A stretch of DNA of 39,650 nt from Escherichia phage pO91, in the sequence record OR204650.1; one strand, written 5' to 3'. Each line of letters begins with the position of its first letter. Position 1 is the stretch's first letter. The notes under the pieces are model-generated. The model saw only the letters and a list, made by a program, of their open reading frames with translations, had not been told where the DNA came from and ran no database searches. Made by a program: the position numbers and the translations under genes. This document shows positions 18,058 through 26,663 of the stretch, piece after piece.

Positions 18058-19626
18058 ATGGCTGAACGTGAAGGGTTCGCTGCTGAAGGAGCCAAAGCGG
18101 TCTATGACCGACTGAAGAACGGTAGACAGCCATATGAGACACGCGCTCAGAACTGTGCTGCTGTCACTATCCCGTCACTGTTTCCTAAGGAGTCCGACAA
18201 CTCGTCTACGGAATACGTGACGCCGTGGCAAGCTGTAGGTGCTCGCTGTTTGAACAACTTGGCTGCAAAGCTGATGTTGGCGTTATTCCCTCAGTCACCG
18301 TGGATGCGACTTACAGTCTCCGAATATGAGGCCAAGACCTTGAGTCAGGACTCAGAGGCTGCTGCTCGTGTTGACGAAGGGCTGGCTATGGTAGAGCGTG
18401 TGTTGATGGCCTACATGGAGACAAACAGTTTCCGTGTACCACTGTTCGAAGCTCTGAAGCAGCTTATCGTCTCAGGTAACTGTCTGCTCTACATTCCAGA
18501 GCCTGAACAGGGTACTTACAGTCCTATGCGAATGTACCGCTTAGTGTCCTACGTTGTTCAGCGTGATGCTTTCGGTAACATCTTGCAGATTGTGACTCTC
18601 GACAAGGTAGCGTTTAGTGCTCTACCGGAAGACGTGAAGTCTCAACTCAACGCAGACGACTATGAGCCTGACACCGAGCTGGAAGTGTATACGCACATCT
18701 ACCGTCAGGACGACGAGTATCTGCGCTACGAGGAAGTGGAAGGAATTGAGGTAGCAGGGACCGAGGGTTCTTACCCACTGACTGCATGTCCGTACATCCC
18801 GGTACGAATGGTTCGACTGGATGGTGAAGACTATGGTCGTTCTTACTGCGAGGAGTATCTGGGAGACCTGAACTCGCTGGAGACGATTACAGAAGCTATC
18901 ACCAAAATGGCTAAGGTAGCCTCCAAGGTGGTGGGCCTCGTTAACCCGAACGGTATCACGCAACCTCGTCGTCTGAACAAGGCGGCTACAGGTGAGTTCG
19001 TGGCTGGTCGCGTTGAGGACATCAACTTCCTGCAACTGACGAAAGGTCAGGACTTTACGATTGCCAAGTCGGTGGCTGACGCTATCGAGCAACGTTTAGG
19101 CTGGGCCTTCCTTCTTAATAGTGCTGTTCAGCGTAATGCCGAGCGAGTAACTGCTGAAGAGATTCGTTATGTTGCTGGAGAACTGGAGGCGACCTTAGGT
19201 GGCGTGTACTCAGTGCAGTCACAAGAGCTTCAGTTACCTATCGTCCGTGTGCTGATGAACCAGCTTCAGTCTGCTGGCATGATTCCTGACCTTCCGAAAG
19301 AAGCGGTAGAGCCTACGGTATCCACAGGTCTTGAGGCGCTAGGTCGTGGTCAGGACTTGGAGAAGCTAACTCAGGCAGTCAACATGATGACCGGTCTGCA
19401 GCCTCTGCAACAGGACCCAGATATTAACTTGCCGACCCTGAAGCTGCGACTGCTGAATGCCTTAGGCATTGATACTGCTGGCCTTCTGCTGACTCAGGAC
19501 GAGAAGATGCAACGTATGGCTGAAAAATCCGCTCAAGGAGCTGTGGTCAACGGTGCGTCTGCTGCTGGTGCTAACATGGGCGCTGCTTTAGGTCAGGGAG
19601 CTGGTGAGGACATGGCTCAAGCCTAA
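18058..19626 (+). CDS. Portal (head-to-tail connector) protein, T7 gene 8 homolog
   Basis: Collinear with recalled T7 gp8 from MAE..G.A.EGAK.VY.RLKN.R.PYETRAQNCA through RLDGEDYGRSY and PDINL. Confidence 0.97.
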   Translation: MAEREGFAAEGAKAVYDRLKNGRQPYETRAQNCAAVTIPSLFPKESDNSSTEYVTPWQAVGARCLNNLAAKLMLALFPQSPWMRLTVSEYEAKTLSQDSEAAARVDEGLAMVERVLMAYMETNSFRVPLFEALKQLIVSGNCLLYIPEPEQGTYSPMRMYRLVSYVVQRDAFGNILQIVTLDKVAFSALPEDVKSQLNADDYEPDTELEVYTHIYRQDDEYLRYEEVEGIEVAGTEGSYPLTACPYIPVRMVRLDGEDYGRSYCEEYLGDLNSLETITEAITKMAKVASKVVGLVNPNGITQPRRLNKAATGEFVAGRVEDINFLQLTKGQDFTIAKSVADAIEQRLGWAFLLNSAVQRNAERVTAEEIRYVAGELEATLGGVYSVQSQELQLPIVRVLMNQLQSAGMIPDLPKEAVEPTVSTGLEALGRGQDLEKLTQAVNMMTGLQPLQQDPDINLPTLKLRLLNALGIDTAGLLLTQDEKMQRMAEKSAQGAVVNGASAAGANMGAALGQGAGEDMAQA

Positions 19627-19644
19627 ACTATCACTACAGGAACA
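19622..19644 (+). promoter_or_regulatory. Phage RNAP promoter (phi9-like, variant -2 C)
   Basis: CCTAAACTATCACTACAGGAACA; followed by a nested leader hairpin (ACGGGAC/GTCCCGT at 19645-19651 and 19694-19700, inner CACAC/GTGTG). Confidence 0.6.
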
Positions 19645-19731
19645 ACGGGACACACATTCACCGAGAGTGTGCCACTGGGAGCTACCATACTCTGTCCCGT
19701 CACCTATTAACTACCAAAGGAGAATGACTCA

Positions 19732-20616
19732 ATGTCTCAATCAGTTTATGCCGAGTTCGGCGTTAGCTCTAATGCAATCACTGGTTCCGTTGAGGACCTG
19801 AACGAACACCAGAAGTCTATGCTTGAACAGGACGTAGCTGTTCGTGATGGCGACGACGCTATTACCTTCAAGCAACTGGAAGCCGAAAACGAAGAGGCGA
19901 CCGAAGAAGACGAGAACGTCGAAGAGACTGAAGGTGAAGAAGACCACGAGTCAGATGACGAAGAGTCTGAGACCGATGGTGAGCAGCCTGAGTTCATCGA
20001 ACTAGGTGATGCACCAAAAGAGCTGACCGAAAGTGTCACCGCTCTGGATGAAAACGAAGCTGCATTCGATGACATGGTGTCTTCTGCTGTAGAAGCTGGC
20101 AAGGTCACTGCTGATGAAATTACCGCTATCAAGGCCGAATACGCCAAGGACGGTAAGCTGTCTGACGCATCCTACGCTAAGTTGCAGGAAGCAGGTTACA
20201 CCAAGCGTTTCGTAGATTCGTTTGTCCGTGGTCAGGAAGCTCTGGCTGAACAGTATGCTGCTGGAGTGGTTCGCTACGCTGGTGGTGCTGAACAGTTTAA
20301 TCGCATCCTGTCACACCTTGAGTCCAACGACCCGTCAACTCGTGAAGCACTGGAAGCTGCTATCGTTCGTAAGGACATTGCTACTACCAAAGCTCTACTG
20401 AATCTGGCTGGCAAGACTCTGGGTAAAGCTGTGGGTGTTAAACCTCAGCGTACCATCACCACACAGGCTAAACCTGTGGTCGCACCTAAGGCTCCTCAGG
20501 CAGAAGCATTCAGCTCCAAGGCTGACATGATTAAGGCTATGAGTGACCCGCGATACCTGCGTGACGCTAAGTACACGATGGAAGTTCGCGCTAAGGTAGC
20601 TGCCTCAAGCCTGTAG
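19732..20616 (+). CDS. Capsid assembly (scaffolding) protein, T7 gene 9 homolog
   Basis: Acidic; VYAEFGV, RDGDDAI, SYAKL.E.GYTK.F.DS..RGQEAL.EQY, IKAMSDPRY match recalled T7 gp9. Confidence 0.93.
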   Translation: MSQSVYAEFGVSSNAITGSVEDLNEHQKSMLEQDVAVRDGDDAITFKQLEAENEEATEEDENVEETEGEEDHESDDEESETDGEQPEFIELGDAPKELTESVTALDENEAAFDDMVSSAVEAGKVTADEITAIKAEYAKDGKLSDASYAKLQEAGYTKRFVDSFVRGQEALAEQYAAGVVRYAGGAEQFNRILSHLESNDPSTREALEAAIVRKDIATTKALLNLAGKTLGKAVGVKPQRTITTQAKPVVAPKAPQAEAFSSKADMIKAMSDPRYLRDAKYTMEVRAKVAASSL

Positions 20617-20617
20617 G

Positions 20618-20640
20618 ACTAAACTATCACTATAGGGAGA
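20618..20640 (+). promoter_or_regulatory. Phage RNAP promoter (phi10-like, full consensus)
   Basis: ACTAAACTATCACTATAGGGAGA; T7-identical from -7 to +6; leader can form a GGGAGACC/GGTTTCCC stem. Confidence 0.85.
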
Positions 20641-20742
20641 CCAATAGACAGACTAAAGGTTTCCCTATTACTTCAGTCCATACGGATTGGGCATACAGTA
20701 AGTAATAAACTTTATCTTTCAATTGAATAGGAGAATTATCAT

Positions 20743-21786
20743 ATGGCAAACGTTCCGGGTCAGAAAATTGGTACAGACCAAGGTAAAGGCAAATCCAGTT
20801 CCGACGCTCTGGCGTTGTTCCTGAAGGTATTTGCTGGTGAAGTCCTGACCGCATTCACTCGCCGCTCTGTAACTGCTGACAAGCATATTGTCCGTACCAT
20901 TCAGAACGGTAAGTCTGCTCAGTTCCCGGTCATGGGTCGCACCTCTGGTGTGTATCTGGCTCCGGGTGAGCGACTGTCCGATAAGCGTAAAGGTATCAAA
21001 CATACCGAGAAAGTGATTACCATTGATGGTCTGCTGACTGCCGATGTGATGATTTTCGACATTGAAGACGCGATGAACCACTATGACGTGGCTGGCGAGT
21101 ACTCCAACCAGTTGGGCGAAGCTCTGGCTATCGCTGCTGATGGTGCGGTTCTGGCTGAAATGGCTATCCTGTGTAACCTCCCGGCTGCATCCAACGAGAA
21201 TATTGCCGGTCTGGGCACTGCGTCCGTACTTGAAGTAGGCAAGAAAGCTGACCTCAACACCCCGGCTAAACTGGGCGAAGCAATCATCGGTCAACTGACC
21301 ATTGCTCGTGCTAAGCTGACCTCCAACTACGTTCCTGCTGGCGACCGTTACTTCTACACCACGCCGGACAACTACTCTGCAATCCTCGCGGCTCTGATGC
21401 CGAACGCTGCTAACTATGCTGCGCTGATTGACCCAGAGACTGGTAACATACGTAACGTAATGGGCTTCGTGGTTGTTGAAGTTCCACACTTGACTCAGGG
21501 TGGTGCTGGTGAAACTCGTGGTGACGATGGTATCACTATTGCGACTGGTCAGAAGCACGCCTTCCCAGCTACTGCTGCTGGTGATGTTAAAGTTGCTCTG
21601 GACAACGTTGTGGGCCTGTTCTCTCACCGTTCTGCTGTGGGTACTGTTAAGCTGCGTGACTTGGCGCTGGAACGTGACCGTGACGTCGATGCTCAGGGCG
21701 ACCTGATTGTTGGTAAGTACGCTATGGGTCATGGTGGTCTGCGTCCAGAAGCAGCAGGCGCACTGGTTTTCAGCCCAGCGGCGTAA
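20743..21786 (+). CDS. Major capsid protein (T7 gene 10A homolog)
   Basis: GTDQGKG, LALFLKVF.GEVLTAF, KHTEKVITIDGLLTADV, AILAALMPNAANYAALIDPE, VGTVKLRDLALER, AMGHGGLRPEAAGA collinear with recalled T7 gp10A. Confidence 0.98.
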   Translation: MANVPGQKIGTDQGKGKSSSDALALFLKVFAGEVLTAFTRRSVTADKHIVRTIQNGKSAQFPVMGRTSGVYLAPGERLSDKRKGIKHTEKVITIDGLLTADVMIFDIEDAMNHYDVAGEYSNQLGEALAIAADGAVLAEMAILCNLPAASNENIAGLGTASVLEVGKKADLNTPAKLGEAIIGQLTIARAKLTSNYVPAGDRYFYTTPDNYSAILAALMPNAANYAALIDPETGNIRNVMGFVVVEVPHLTQGGAGETRGDDGITIATGQKHAFPATAAGDVKVALDNVVGLFSHRSAVGTVKLRDLALERDRDVDAQGDLIVGKYAMGHGGLRPEAAGALVFSPAA

Positions 21787-21917
21787 GCACCTTTAGCCAA
21801 CCTAACGTCGCTACAGTAGCGGCTGCACCTGAAGAGGAGACTCTAACTCCTCAACAGAAAGCTGCGCGTACTCGTGCTGCGAACAGGGCCGCTAAACTGG
21901 CTGAGTCCAACAACTAA
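21765..21917 (+). other. Putative -1 programmed frameshift site and minor capsid (10B-type) extension
   Basis: G GTT TTC at 21765-21771 in the last codons of the capsid gene; the -1 frame from 21771 is open for 48 codons to TAA at 21915-21917, as in T7 gene 10. Confidence 0.55.
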
Positions 21918-21921
21918 TTGA

Positions 21922-21961
21922 AACCCCTTGGGTGCCTTCGGGTGCTTGAGGGGTTTTTTGC
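21922..21961 (+). terminator. Late terminator (T7 Tphi-like)
   Basis: AACCCCTTGGGTGCCTTCGGGTGCTTGAGGGGTTTTTTG; G-U-rich stem and TTTTTT run; closely resembles recalled T7 Tphi. Confidence 0.85.
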
Positions 21962-21980
21962 TTAAAGTGAGAGGAGACTT

Positions 21981-22547
21981 ATGGCTCAATACATTCCACT
22001 GAATACTAACGATGACTTAGACGCCATCAACGATATGTTAGCTGCTATCGGTGAACCAGCAGTCCTACAGCTTGACGAAGGAAACGCTGATGTCTCGAAC
22101 GCACAACGTATCCTGCATCGTGTCAATCGTCAGGTCCAAGCTAAAGGCTGGAACTTTAATATCAACGAAGCTGCTGTCCTGACACCTGATGTCCAAGACA
22201 ATAGGATTCGATTCTTGCCGTCATACCTTCGTGTAATGACATCTGGGGCCACCAGCTACTACAGCAACATGGGTGGATACCTGTACGACCTGTCCACTCA
22301 GTCAACCACTTTCACCGACCCTATCACGGTAGAGCTTGTGGAGATGAAGCCATTCTCCGAGATGCCTGTGGTCTTCAGGGACTACATCGTCACTAAAGCT
22401 AGCCGTGAGTTCAACGCTAAGTTCTTCGGTAGCCCAGAGTCAGAGCTATACCTTCGTGAGCAGGAAGCAGAACTCTATCAGCAGGTTATGGAGTACGAGA
22501 TGGACACTGGTCGCTACAACATGATGTCTGACATCGGGAGGGACTAA
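21981..22547 (+). CDS. Tail tubular protein A (T7 gene 11 homolog)
   Basis: GEP.V, RIL.R.NRQ.Q..GW.FNI, GGY.YD, EMP..FR..IVTKASR.FN..FFG.PE, MEYEMD.G.YNM match recalled T7 gp11. Confidence 0.93.
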   Translation: MAQYIPLNTNDDLDAINDMLAAIGEPAVLQLDEGNADVSNAQRILHRVNRQVQAKGWNFNINEAAVLTPDVQDNRIRFLPSYLRVMTSGATSYYSNMGGYLYDLSTQSTTFTDPITVELVEMKPFSEMPVVFRDYIVTKASREFNAKFFGSPESELYLREQEAELYQQVMEYEMDTGRYNMMSDIGRD

Positions 22548-22774
22548 TGGCTAGTCACAACCTGAAGATTCACCGCCGGCACTTTGGTCCGGTACAGCTA
22601 GGTATAAAGACAGCAGAGCTGAGACTTAACGACCGGGACTTTAAGGTTGGCGATTGGCTTATCCTGAATGAGTGGGACAACGGGTATACTGGACAACAGG
22701 TAGCGCGTAAGGTTATCCACATTGCTGACGTTGGTGACATCGCTGAAGGATACGTCCTAATGAGTATGATTTAA
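22547..22774 (+). CDS. DUF3850/ASCH-like (PUA-fold) small protein inserted between the gp11 and gp12 genes
   Basis: HNLKIHRRHFGPVQLGIKTAELRLNDRDFKVGDWLILNEWDNGYTGQQ...GYVLMS fits my recollection of the DUF3850 pattern; ATG overlaps the gp11 stop; T7 has no gene here. Confidence 0.6.
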   Translation: MASHNLKIHRRHFGPVQLGIKTAELRLNDRDFKVGDWLILNEWDNGYTGQQVARKVIHIADVGDIAEGYVLMSMI

Positions 22775-22783
22775 GGAGGGCCT

Positions 22784-25141
22784 ATGCCACTAATTACTCA
22801 ATCAATCAAGAACCTTAAAGGCGGCATTAGCCAGCAGCCTGATATACTGAGGTTCTCAGACCAAGGCGAGGCACAGGTTAACTGCTGGTCATCCGAGAGT
22901 GATGGCCTCCAGAAGCGCCCACCTACAGTCTTCAAGCGACGTCTTAACATCGACGTTGGGAGCAACCCTAAGTTTCACCTGATTAACCGTGACGAGCATG
23001 AGCAGTATTACATCGTGTTCAATGGGTCCAACATTCAGGTAGTTGACTTGAGTGGTGATCAATACTCAGTGTCAGGTGCGGTAGACTACGTTAAGTCCTC
23101 CAACCCACGAGATGACATCCGTGTCGTTACCGTGGCAGACTATACGTTCGTCGTTAACCGTAAGGTTGTCGTCAAAGGTGGAAACGAGAAGTCACACTCT
23201 GGTTATAACCGCAAAGCACGAGCTTTAATTAACCTGCGTGGTGGACAGTATGGTCGAACCCTTAAGGTGGGAATCAACGGTGGCGTTAAGGTCTCGCATA
23301 AGCTACCAGCAGGTAATGATGCCGAGAATGACCCGCCTAAGGTGGACGCTCAAGCCATTGGTGCAGCTCTGAGAGACCTTCTTGTTCAGGCCTATCCTGA
23401 CTTCACGTTCGACCTTGGGTCTGGATTCCTGCTAATCACAGCTCCTTCAGGGACTGACATTAACTCAGTGGAGACGGAGGATGGCTACGCTAACCAGCTA
23501 ATAAGCCCAGTCCTAGACACTGTGCAGACAATCTCTAAACTACCTCTTGCAGCTCCTAATGGGTATATCATTAAGATTCAAGGTGAGACAAACAGTAGCG
23601 CCGATGAATACTACGTGATGTATGACTCCAACACTAAGACGTGGAAGGAGACAGTGGAGCCGGGAGTTGTCACTGGTTTCGATGTCACCACAATGCCACA
23701 TGCTCTGGTCAGACAGCCTGATGGCTCCTTTGAGTTTAAGACTCTGGATTGGTCCAAGCGTGGTGCTGGTAACGATGACACAAACCCTATGCCTAGCTTC
23801 GTGGATGCTACGATTAACGATGTGTTCTTCTACAGGAACAGGCTAGGGTTCTTGTCAGGTGAGAACGTAATAATGAGCCGTTCAGCCAGCTACTTTGCGT
23901 TCTTCCCTAAGAGTGTGGCGACACTGAGTGATGATGACCCTATTGATGTAGCTGTAAGTAACCCTCGAATCTCAATCCTTAAGTATGCCGTTCCGTTTAG
24001 CGAGCAGCTACTACTTTGGTCGGATGAGGTTCAGTTCGTGATGACAAGCTCTGGGGTACTTACCTCGAAGTCTATCCAGCTTGATGTAGGCTCAGAGTTT
24101 GCCCTAGGTGACAATGCCAGACCGTTCGCTGTAGGACGCTCAGTCTTCTTCTCAGCTCCTCGTGGGTCATTCACCAGCATTAAGCGATACTTCGCTGTAG
24201 CTGATGTGTCTGATGTGAAGGATGCCGATGATACAACTGGTCACGTACTGTCCTACATCCCTAACGGGGTGTTTGATATTCAAGGTACAGGGACTGAGAA
24301 CTACATCTGCGTCAACTCTACAGGTGCATACAACCGTATCTACATCTACAAGTTCTTGTTTAAGGACGGCGTACAGCTTCAAGCCTCTTGGTCACACTGG
24401 GAGTTCCCTAAAGATGATAAGATTCTGGCGTCTGCTTCTATTGGCTCTACCATGTTCATCGTTCGTCAGCACCAAGGAGGGGTAGACATTGAGCACCTTA
24501 AGTTCATCAAGGAGGCAACTGACTTCCCCTCAGAGCCATATAGACTACACCTTGACTCCAAGGTGTCTATGGTAATTCCAATTGGCTCATATAATGCTGA
24601 CACATATAAGACTACGGTTGACATTGGTGCTGCTTATGGTGGCAACGCTCCGTCTCCCGGTCGGTACTATCTGATTGACAGTCAGGGTGCCTACGTGGAC
24701 CTTGGGGATTTGACCAGTATCTCTACTGAGGTTATCCTCAACGGCGATTGGTCAGGACGCACAGTGTTCATCGGGCGGTCCTATCTGATGTCCTACAAGT
24801 TCTCACGATTCCTGATTAAGATTGAAGATGATAGTGGCACTCAGTCTGAAGACACTGGTCGTCTACAGCTTCGTCGGGCTTGGGTCAACTACAAAGACAC
24901 TGGCGCTCTGAGACTCATTGTCAGAAACGGTGAGCGGGAGTTCGTGAATACCTTCAACGGGTACACCCTTGGTCAGCAAACCATCGGGACTACCAACATT
25001 GGGGATGGTCAGTATCGCTTCGCTATGAACGGTAACGCATTAACCACGAGTCTAACCTTAGAGTCCGACTATCCTACCCCAGTGTCAATCGTTGGGTGTG
25101 GCTGGGAGGCGTCATACGCTAAGAAAGCTCGTTCCGTCTAA
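22784..25141 (+). CDS. Tail tubular protein B (T7 gene 12 homolog)
   Basis: SQSIKNLKGGISQQPDILR, HLINRDEHEQYY, VTVADYTF.VNR, DVFF.RNRLGFLSGEN, DDDPIDVAVS, KYAVPFSE, GRLQLRRAWVNY, IGCGWE collinear with recalled T7 gp12. Confidence 0.97.
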   Translation: MPLITQSIKNLKGGISQQPDILRFSDQGEAQVNCWSSESDGLQKRPPTVFKRRLNIDVGSNPKFHLINRDEHEQYYIVFNGSNIQVVDLSGDQYSVSGAVDYVKSSNPRDDIRVVTVADYTFVVNRKVVVKGGNEKSHSGYNRKARALINLRGGQYGRTLKVGINGGVKVSHKLPAGNDAENDPPKVDAQAIGAALRDLLVQAYPDFTFDLGSGFLLITAPSGTDINSVETEDGYANQLISPVLDTVQTISKLPLAAPNGYIIKIQGETNSSADEYYVMYDSNTKTWKETVEPGVVTGFDVTTMPHALVRQPDGSFEFKTLDWSKRGAGNDDTNPMPSFVDATINDVFFYRNRLGFLSGENVIMSRSASYFAFFPKSVATLSDDDPIDVAVSNPRISILKYAVPFSEQLLLWSDEVQFVMTSSGVLTSKSIQLDVGSEFALGDNARPFAVGRSVFFSAPRGSFTSIKRYFAVADVSDVKDADDTTGHVLSYIPNGVFDIQGTGTENYICVNSTGAYNRIYIYKFLFKDGVQLQASWSHWEFPKDDKILASASIGSTMFIVRQHQGGVDIEHLKFIKEATDFPSEPYRLHLDSKVSMVIPIGSYNADTYKTTVDIGAAYGGNAPSPGRYYLIDSQGAYVDLGDLTSISTEVILNGDWSGRTVFIGRSYLMSYKFSRFLIKIEDDSGTQSEDTGRLQLRRAWVNYKDTGALRLIVRNGEREFVNTFNGYTLGQQTIGTTNIGDGQYRFAMNGNALTTSLTLESDYPTPVSIVGCGWEASYAKKARSV

Positions 25142-25165
25142 CTTATTGAAGGGCCTATAGATTTA

Positions 25166-25188
25166 CCTTAACTATCACTATAGGGACT
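25166..25188 (+). promoter_or_regulatory. Phage RNAP promoter (phi13-like) inside a perfect 10-bp inverted repeat
   Basis: CCTTAACTATCACTATAGGGACT; flanked by GGGCCTATAG (25151-25160) and CTATAGGCCC (25187-25196). Confidence 0.7.
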
Positions 25189-25217
25189 ATAGGCCCTTAA
25201 GGTTATAAGGAGACTTT

Positions 25218-25682
25218 ATGTATATTCGCAAGGCTACGGAACCAGATGTCCACTACTTTCTGTGGCATCTTTCAGCAGATGATGTTAATGAATGCAAAGC
25301 AAACTACGGGTCAACCGTGGGTCTCTCTGAGAGACTGCTTAAGCACCTATCTCCATCATCTGTGGTCTTAACTAACGGTGTAGGCGAAGTGTTTGCCTAT
25401 GGTGGAAACCAAGGGGATAACGTATGGTTCTTGACTTCGGGTCTTGTCCACAAGCTGAGACCTAAAGAGAAGCGAGAGTTCATAAAGCGTATCTCTGAGT
25501 ACAGGGACTTAATGTTAGACCAATACGGGACCATCTGGAACTACGTGTGGTCAGGCAATAAGTCTCACATTAAATTCTTGAAGTTGCTTGGTGCTAGGTT
25601 TCACGAGGAGTGGACTGTAAGCCCAGTAACTGGTGAGCGTTTTCAACTATTCACTATCTCTAAGGAGGATGGATGTGACTAA
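25218..25682 (+). CDS. Internal virion protein at the gene 13 position
   Basis: ORF track; AAGGAGA RBS; assignment by synteny only. Confidence 0.6.
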   Translation: MYIRKATEPDVHYFLWHLSADDVNECKANYGSTVGLSERLLKHLSPSSVVLTNGVGEVFAYGGNQGDNVWFLTSGLVHKLRPKEKREFIKRISEYRDLMLDQYGTIWNYVWSGNKSHIKFLKLLGARFHEEWTVSPVTGERFQLFTISKEDGCD

Positions 25683-26061
25683 GGTTTGTACCGTCTGTAA
25701 AATTGAAAAGCCGCTCGAGGCATTCTCTCCTCGGAAAGACTCTAAGTGTGGTGTGCGCTCGGCCTGTAAGCTGTGTCATAATGGCAGGAGTCACAAGAAC
25801 AAGGGATACGAGAAGTATCACATTACGCAGATAGAATATGATTCCATCCTAAAAGAGCAGGGTGGTGTCTGCGCAATCTGCAAGACATCAGGAACTAGCC
25901 GAGGATTATGCATTGACCATTGTCACATCTCCTGGAAAGTCCGAGGCATCCTTTGTCATACCTGCAACCTAAAGCTGACCCGTAGAAACTATCCTTCTAC
26001 ATGCGAAGATTTCGATGGTAAGGCTGCTGAGTACCTGGCTATAAGCCAGAAGGGGGATTAG
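25675..26061 (+). CDS. Endonuclease VII-family (HNH-type) nuclease
   Basis: GGVCAICK...RGLCIDHCH...RGILCHTCN matches the T4 endonuclease VII zinc/His-Cys pattern; start uncertain (GTG 25675 after AAGGAGG; the track ORF starts at 25633). Confidence 0.7.
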   Translation: MTKVCTVCKIEKPLEAFSPRKDSKCGVRSACKLCHNGRSHKNKGYEKYHITQIEYDSILKEQGGVCAICKTSGTSRGLCIDHCHISWKVRGILCHTCNLKLTRRNYPSTCEDFDGKAAEYLAISQKGD

Positions 26062-26088
26062 GAAATTTGCGAACCAATTTCAATCGGC

Positions 26089-26652
26089 ATGGGTCTCATG
26101 GCTGTAGCCGGGGCCACTATGTCCGCATCCCAACAGGCCAAGGCCGAAGGTGCAGCAATTGACGCTCAGAACCGACAGGCTCAGGAAATGGTTAAGCAGA
26201 TGAACTACTCTGACGCCAACCTGAAGATGCAGGAGCGAGACCTGAAGGAGCAGCAGATGGCTGAACTGACAGAGACCACGCTCAACGGTATACGCAATCA
26301 GGGTATGGTCAGAGCTGCGGTAGCTGAGTCCGGTCTGGAAGGTAACTCTATGGACAGGATTGAACGTCAGGTCGAGGGAGACACAGTCAAGGAGAGAGCA
26401 GGGATTACCGAAAGTTACAACCGCGACTATGCGGCTATCTTCGGGAACCGTATCGCCAACATTGAGAACACAAAGTCTGCTATCCGTGGTCAAGGTAAAA
26501 TCATCAAGACCAGCCCACTGGCTCATGCACTTAATGTTGCTACCGCCGGGATGCAAGGCTACGCCGCTGGTAAGTCAATCTCTGGAGCGTCCAGCTCTGG
26601 GGGTGCTGCACCTATTAGTGCTGCTAAAGGCACACCTACAGGTCATAGCTAA
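26089..26652 (+). CDS. Internal virion protein (T7 gene 14 homolog)
   Basis: LEGNSMDRI and RDYAAIF match recalled T7 gp14; position between gp13 and gp15; exact start uncertain. Confidence 0.8.
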   Translation: MGLMAVAGATMSASQQAKAEGAAIDAQNRQAQEMVKQMNYSDANLKMQERDLKEQQMAELTETTLNGIRNQGMVRAAVAESGLEGNSMDRIERQVEGDTVKERAGITESYNRDYAAIFGNRIANIENTKSAIRGQGKIIKTSPLAHALNVATAGMQGYAAGKSISGASSSGGAAPISAAKGTPTGHS

Positions 26653-26663
26653 GAGGAGGACTA

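Noticed and set aside
20719-21732. 337-aa minus-strand ORF covering almost the whole capsid gene
   Set aside because: It is antisense to a strongly conserved, highly expressed + strand gene, has no promoter or RBS context, and the rest of the genome is transcribed left to right; long antisense ORFs arise in codon-biased genes. The same applies to minus-strand ORFs 2511-2993, 12824-13372, 18622-19092 and 26080-26556.
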